64,000 nucleotides of DNA from the NCBI GenBank assembly GCA_040954595.2, contig CM082582.2:4262303-4326302 (forward strand), in the 5' to 3' direction. Shown here one piece after another: positions 60,297 through 64,000 of the stretch; position 1 is the first letter of the stretch, and the number at the start of each line of letters is the position of its first letter. The DNA is from Balanoglossus misakiensis. Taxonomy: Eukaryota; Animalia; Hemichordata. Under the pieces are notes generated by a model, which ran no database searches, was not told the DNA's origin, and saw only the letters and a list, made by a program, of their open reading frames with translations. Both the position numbers and the translations under genes were made by a program.

Positions 60297-63200
60297 CTAA
60301 CAGAAACCGGCACTCCAAAAGCCTCCGTAGAGGTCTGGGTCACAGTTCGGGTCTTCGTCCGGCCAGAAGGGCGGGGCCGCTGTCGCTCGATATGCTTCCA
60401 GTTTGTCGTGCAAGAACTCGACCATGACGGGCTCCTCGTCTGCCAAGTTGTGCATCTCGAAGGGGTCATCTGAAAGACGATTAGAGATTTAGAGGGAGGG
60501 GGCACGTGTAGCTTGTTATCGTCTGCTGGAACACCTGGATTTGGGATATCTGATAAGCAGGATGTCAAAATTTACAGCAGCTGAACATGATGAAACGCTG
60601 AAAATTTACTCCTTAAAGAGTCATACTATATTAATCCATAGAGGTATGTTCTGGAACCATTGGTTTGTTTGTGTGTTTGTGTGTTAGGGTGTGTGTGCTT
60701 GTGTGCTATGTCGGTAAGCTTACTAGAAATGTACCAAGTGGGACACAAAAACTGCGGTTGTGCAAAGAACGAGAGCAAAGAATTACAGCCAGTAGAGATT
60801 TGAAACCATGTCAGCAACTCACTTCGCAAATTGAACAGCCACGTGGGAGTGGTCATATTATCCGGACTGGGAATGACTTCAGGTCCGTGGTAACGAGTCT
60901 TGTGCCAGTGGACAATATCTGTGTTACAAAGGAGAACAAGTCTACGTCAGACCACAACTCCCCGCTGCCTATAGGACTATACTTGGCATGTCACTTTGTA
61001 CTAGCCTTCACGGGAAGTGACGTGCACATAAAAATCTCTGAGGTGGTTTCTGTTTCATGTAATGGCACGATTTGACCAATCAAAACTACCGTGAGAATGT
61101 GAGGGGCTGTTCCAAATATCCTCTCAATTTCTTCCATGTATTCAGAATCCCTATACGTGTGACATGTGTGGACATGTGCATGTTTAGAAGTGTCAAAGTG
61201 ACCTATTGGTAGCGCAAACTCGGACTGGTTTCTCTTACATTTGTCCGAGTGCCATTTGTTTTCAGAAGTCGCCAGAGGTTCAGGGAAATGCACAGTGTCA
61301 GAAAAAATGCATTGTCTATACAAGTTCTAGTTCAATTCACATGCTAAATGTACCGCATCCAGAAATATGCTCCTTTAAATAGGCGAGATGCGAGGCGATA
61401 CTTACAGGAGTAAGCCGAATGTTTGGTTATTGCTGGATAACCTTCAATGAACTTCCAATCATGGTATCTGTTGTATAAACCATTCTATGATTAAATACCA
61501 AATTCTACAGTATAAAAGGGGTTTATTGGAACATGACTCCCTTGATCAAACACCGCGTTTCTATGTGGACAAAAATTGTGTGGTCGCTATATTCCCCCAA
61601 CTACAAGCCGTCTACGAATATGTGAAAACTATAAATGCACGTAAAATCAACTGCTTATTAGATTGACTGCCCTGGGTTTGATTATCTGGCTTATATTCAT
61701 TGGATGAGATACCACTGATCATGTTCAAAATCTTGTATGAAGTTATACGTCGGCGGCCTTTTTATATGTACCCCATTTTTTACCTGCGGTCGAATTACCG
61801 TTTCATTTTTTTTATTCACGATCTGATTAAAATCAGATGTAGACCACGGCGACGTCAGTTTGCAGTGCAGCATAAGAGAATACCGCACAAGTAACAGGCG
61901 TCGCCTTACTCTACATCTGATTTTAATCAGATTGATTGTTTTCCAGTGGGTACACATAACATATTTGTGAAAGGACGCCAATATTTGGGCGTTGATTGCC
62001 ATACCTTAGAGCGGCCACCTTGGCATCAGTCGGGATGTCTTCGTCCACTGTAATTAGAAACTCTTCGCGGGGAGACTGGGCTCCCGTAGACAGGGATTCC
62101 CAAACATTGAACCCGTCGATGTCGTCTGTAACGAATCGAACAAACACATAGCACCTTTTTGGAAAGATGGAGTGCTTTCGACCAGGTGAGTCGATAAGAA
62201 TTAGGATGTGGTCTCCGAATGAAGAAGCTTGCAATGAATAAAATGTTCTCTTATCTGTGCTTGCATGAAATGAAACAACACTCAAGCACGTTGTAGGACA
62301 CGTCGTATGATCCTAACGTGTGTAATGAATTTTCAGGCGATAAATACAGTGTGTCACGTACGAGCCGTTGCCTACCTCGGTGGCAAATGATAGATATTTG
62401 AATTCTCAACAGATTGCATACGTAACATGCATACGATGGTATAACCTTGTATAACTCACAGTTTATGCTGACCTTGGCGACGGATTCCACAAGAGACGGA
62501 AAAATATCGGTAACATGGTACAACCTACAAAAATGTACAAAAATCTAATATTGTAAAATAGAATGAATATGAAAGAATATTTTATATTTGCAATCACATT
62601 ACTGCCGTTATTTTTCCGTTGAAAAAGTGTATTTATCATCGGATACATAATAGGCCTAGTCCAAGTCTCGCTCCCGTGCAGATCACGACGGTTCGCTAGT
62701 GCGCCACTGGTGGTATGACTACATGTATAGGCGAGGGTCGTCGTGACCAGCCCAGGGCGATCCGCCCGCCAGCATAAGGTCACTCGTCATGTCCGTAGTA
62801 CCGGAATCGAGACTAGCTTTTAATAGGTCTAAAAGCTTGGGAAAAATCCCAGTTAAAAATTATGTTTTTAAAATTAACACCAACTCAGTTCGACACAGAT
62901 GCCTGTGATCTACTTACTCATGATTGACGTATCCTGTTTTCTCGATTCCCTTTCCCGCCAAGAGCCCGACTGACTTTAAACCGCCTTCGAAGAGACTGGC
63001 CTTGTTTCCTCGCAGCGGCCAGTTGCTGGCGCCAAACGCGACATCGCCCCCATTCTGTTACAAAAAGAGAGGTGAGCATGTGCAAAACCATGCAGAGACT
63101 CTCGTTACAAAGATTTATAGTAGTCAATGCCATAAGGCTGTGTGCTGTCCTAACGACAGACAAGATGGCGGCGAGCATAATCTGTGTCGGAGGTCTGGAA

Positions 63201-63800
63201 ATACAGCAAATTTGGTGAAAAAAGGGACGAAGCTAAAGTCTACTTATACGGCGCATGAAATATTGAAGTAAGCGAAGGTAGTCCACTATTTGAATGCGTC
63301 GAATGTAAAATCAGCATAACATTTGGATTTGCACAAATTACACACATGCGCATAAAACGGGCTCTATCTCTGAGCGCGCAATTTGATTAAATGGGAACGC
63401 AGAAAGACTCTAACCTACAGAACAGAAATGAATCAGTCCATGCATTTAGAACAATGTAGAATCTACTCACGTCTGAATGGAATATGATCAAGGAATCTTC
63501 AAACATCCCCTTTTCTTCCAACTTGGCGCGAATGACTCCAACTACGGAATCCATCATTGTAACTTGGCCTTAAATACATGAAAGAAGTTTAAAATTAAAA
63601 TTAAGGATGAGATGCAGGTTTTTTTGCATCGTTATAATGGCGTCCGGACTGTCTTTCAGACGAGCGAGAGATTTTAGAAATGACAGGATGCAAATGTTAA
63701 TTTGAAGTGGAGAACATTGCATTAATCGCTTACCTGAATAATTTCTTCGCAGTAGGTCAGATACGGTGTCTTCATACATGTCTGCATATTCTTGTGGTAC
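60297..63800 (-). CDS. Arylsulfatase B/I/J-like sulfatase, 3' eight exons (5' part beyond the window)
   Basis: Exons 63800-63734, 63568-63471, 63054-62918, 62524-62460, 62125-62005, 61467-61406, 60918-60823, 60469-60297 (819 nt, in frame). Motifs: IIFHSDNGG, SNWPLRGNKASLFEGG, HVTDIFPSL, IDGFNVWESLS, SPREE, AALRYHDWKFIEG, WLFNLRNDPFEMHNLA, DPNCDPDLYGGFW. Confidence 0.92.
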
Positions 63801-64000
63801 CTGTATACATGATACAACTGGTCATGTTAAATGGGTCATGCACTACCACGTTGCTATATCATATGAGGCGACGGGGAATTCGTAATGTAATCGACCAAAA
63901 CTGCATTCTGACTATTATTTCTGCTCTAAATTATAGTATCACTATTCTCGGCTATTAAAACAGAAACAAATATGCTCTGCCACACTACAGTCTGATCACC

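Overview
AT-rich, intron-rich genomic DNA from a eukaryote. Gene content and repeats suggest a marine invertebrate deuterostome, possibly a hemichordate or echinoderm; this is inferred, not shown. Splice-aware reading gives six genes whose exon chains all close in frame: AP1G1 (+, 17 coding exons, about 835 aa); E2F4/5 (+, 7 exons, about 340 aa, one U12 AT-AC intron); a polycystin-1-like/REJ receptor (+, 25 exons, about 2726 aa, with an internally duplicated PKD/REJ block and an inserted TSP1 exon); two divergently transcribed FOXRED2-like flavoproteins without signal peptide or ER-retention motif (-, about 603 aa; +, about 614 aa); and the 3' eight exons of an arylsulfatase B-like gene (-) that runs off the right edge. 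The main unexplained signal is a tandem pair of roughly 320-360 bp non-coding elements between the two FOXRED2-like genes. They keep the same stem-loop order with structure-compatible substitutions on the + strand, so they are a candidate structured RNA. Also present are several MITE families, P-element-like CATGGA footprints with 7-bp target duplications, a degenerate Penelope-type hammerhead palindrome, an RFX X-box and CTCF-like motifs. All coordinates were derived by eye, and family assignments rest on recalled motifs, not database searches.
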